NCBI GenBank assembly: GCA_900128395.1
Contig: LT649242.1
Location: 55,059-75,058 of the forward strand
DNA length: 20,000 nucleotides
Reading direction: 5' to 3'
Origin: Stramenopiles sp. TOSAG23-2
Lineage: Eukaryota
Below are positions 18,213 to 20,000 of the stretch, one piece after another. The position numbers and the translations under genes are program-made. The notes under the pieces were generated by a model. The model saw nothing but the letters and a program-made list of their open reading frames with translations, had not been told where the DNA came from and made no database searches. The stretch's first letter is position 1; each line of letters begins with the position of its first letter.

Positions 18213-19487
18213 CTATTCTTTTTTTAAACAATCATTAATTCCATCGATTTTCTTTGTAGTTCCACGCACCCCTTTGCAGCTCATTGTAATTTTATTTTCC
18301 TCATTATTATTAAATCCAATAAATTTTAAATTGTCCAATGCAACATAACAATTTGCTTTTCCATCGTAATGGTTGTCGCAATCAAAATCAACCATAGCAT
18401 CATCGTCACTATTACTTCCACTTTCTGATGGAAATTTTGCAGAACGTCCTCCAACCACCAAAACATCTTTAAATACAATACGTTCAAATAAGTACGTCGA
18501 TGGGCCAGTGCCATCATAAAATTGAGTCAAGTCAATTGCCTGGTTCACATTGTACATTGTTAAATTTTCATATGTTACATCCCATACATGACCAGAGCAT
18601 TTGGGATGAGATTTAATCCTTGCTCCACATGTCGTTCCATGAAATGTTATATTCCTAAATGTAATATTTGTTAAATAGGAACCACACAATGAGCCTATAC
18701 TTGCACCATGGCCAGTTCCAAAAAACGAATCTTCTACAAGTGTATGATTAGCATGACTAGCAATATTATCATCTCCTGTTGTAAAATTCACATTATGTAC
18801 GTAAAAGGGAGTTCCATGAATATCTACTGCATCGGTATTGTGGCTACATGTATTATCATGTTCACATGCTTTTCCAGTTGATGGAGGATTAAATACTTTA
18901 ATATGTGCGAGTTCACAATTATCACAAAATAATTCCAATACATGATTTGGGGCATTTAAATACAAAGTATCCAACAAGATTCCATTTTTAACTTGTGTAA
19001 ATTGTACCATATGAGGTCTGAAGTCCTCGCGATGTTGCCACCAAACAAGACCTTGCCCATCAATTGTCCCACCACCTGTAATAGCAACATGACTTACATT
19101 TGTTGCTTGAATTATATTTGCTGTTCCAGGCCATTTATCACGTTCGTTTGAAATTTTTAATGTTGCGCCTTGTTGAATGTGAAGTTCAATATTACTTCTT
19201 GTAAGCCTCAAAGCAGCAATAAGAAAAGTACCTGGAGATGGTATGACAATTTTTCCACAATTAGGATCATCAATTGCACGTTGAATAGCATCAGTCGTAT
19301 TTGTTTTTCCATTTCCTTGCGCGTTATAAGGTGCATTGGTAACAATACAGTCCTCTGAATTATTATTATTTAAAATAGCAACAGATACATACCTACCATG
19401 TATCCATCGATATTGCTGGGAAGCAATAATACAATTCGTTTGTAATAAAATGATAATTATCAAAAAAGGTATCATAGTCCAATGCAT
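18213..19487 (-). CDS. Secreted glycoside hydrolase family 28 enzyme (polygalacturonase-like), 424 aa
   Basis: Signal peptide. All four GH28 motifs are present: NTD (18831-18839), GDD (18768-18776), GHG (18705-18713), RIK (18612-18620). Also AQGNGKTNTTDAIQRAID and ITGGGTIDGQGLVWW. Confidence 0.95.
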   Translation of the reverse strand: MHWTMIPFLIIIILLQTNCIIASQQYRWIHGRYVSVAILNNNNSEDCIVTNAPYNAQGNGKTNTTDAIQRAIDDPNCGKIVIPSPGTFLIAALRLTRSNIELHIQQGATLKISNERDKWPGTANIIQATNVSHVAITGGGTIDGQGLVWWQHREDFRPHMVQFTQVKNGILLDTLYLNAPNHVLELFCDNCELAHIKVFNPPSTGKACEHDNTCSHNTDAVDIHGTPFYVHNVNFTTGDDNIASHANHTLVEDSFFGTGHGASIGSLCGSYLTNITFRNITFHGTTCGARIKSHPKCSGHVWDVTYENLTMYNVNQAIDLTQFYDGTGPSTYLFERIVFKDVLVVGGRSAKFPSESGSNSDDDAMVDFDCDNHYDGKANCYVALDNLKFIGFNNNEENKITMSCKGVRGTTKKIDGINDCLKKE

Positions 19488-19626
19488 TTTAACGATATTT
19501 ATATATAATATATAGATGTATATGAGCTATGTGTGTTGTCGTCTATGATGTGTATCTTTTTTATTCTAATAAACTGAAGCAATTTTTTCAATAAATTTAT
19601 TACCCCGGTCGGTCTTCTTCTTCTTC

Positions 19627-19903
19627 TTTAATTCAAGTATTGTAAATATGGATATTTATTATTTTCTTTGAAAAGTCTAGGACCTAGATTAGATATTTAT
19701 TATAATTTTAATATTATTGAAGACATTATTATTGACCACAAAAGTGTTTAATTCAAGTATTGTAAATATGGATATTTATTATTTTCTTTGAAAAGTCTAG
19801 GTCTTTCTTCCCGGAAAGAGTCTGACGACGCAGACTAGTCTAGGACCTAGATTAGATATTTATTATAATTTTAATATTGAAGACATTATTGACCACAAAA
19901 GTG
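19627..19903. repeat. Tandem duplication (120-bp copy plus 157-bp copy carrying a 43-bp insertion)
   Basis: tttaattcaagtattg begins at 19627 and 19747, and both copies end in gaccacaaaagtg. Copy 2 has extra sequence between two AGTCTAGG repeats (19794-19801 and 19837-19844). Confidence 0.9.
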
Positions 19904-20000
19904 GTCGTATGTTATATTAAACAAATAGTTTGCGATCAACATGGGCCACCTGGAAAAACACGACGCCCCCTCCCCCCTTCCCCCCCCCGCCAAAATACCT

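Overview
AT-rich, gene-dense eukaryotic DNA. Every gene fits one uninterrupted ORF, so no introns are needed. Poly-Asn tracts, microsatellites and BEACH/HMG-box/WW domains point to a compact protist genome; a stramenopile-like lineage is plausible but cannot be established here. Gene order: 5'-truncated BEACH-WD40 protein (+); secreted prepro cysteine-rich cationic peptide (+); polytopic membrane protein split by a 137-bp tandem duplication (+); head-to-head pair of double HMG-box paralogs; Asn/Gln-rich coiled-coil protein (+); DnaJ-FN3-FN3-WW-WW protein (-); N-myristoylation-motif TIR-ankyrin protein with an intact catalytic Glu (+); secreted GH28 polygalacturonase (-). The best candidates for new biology are the TIR-ankyrin protein (possible membrane-anchored NADase immune receptor), the defensin/toxin-like prepropeptide flanked by a small inverted-repeat element family, and the J-protein architecture. 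The window also carries eight 45-157 bp tandem duplications. Several look like two haplotypes joined end to end, so an assembly artefact must be excluded.
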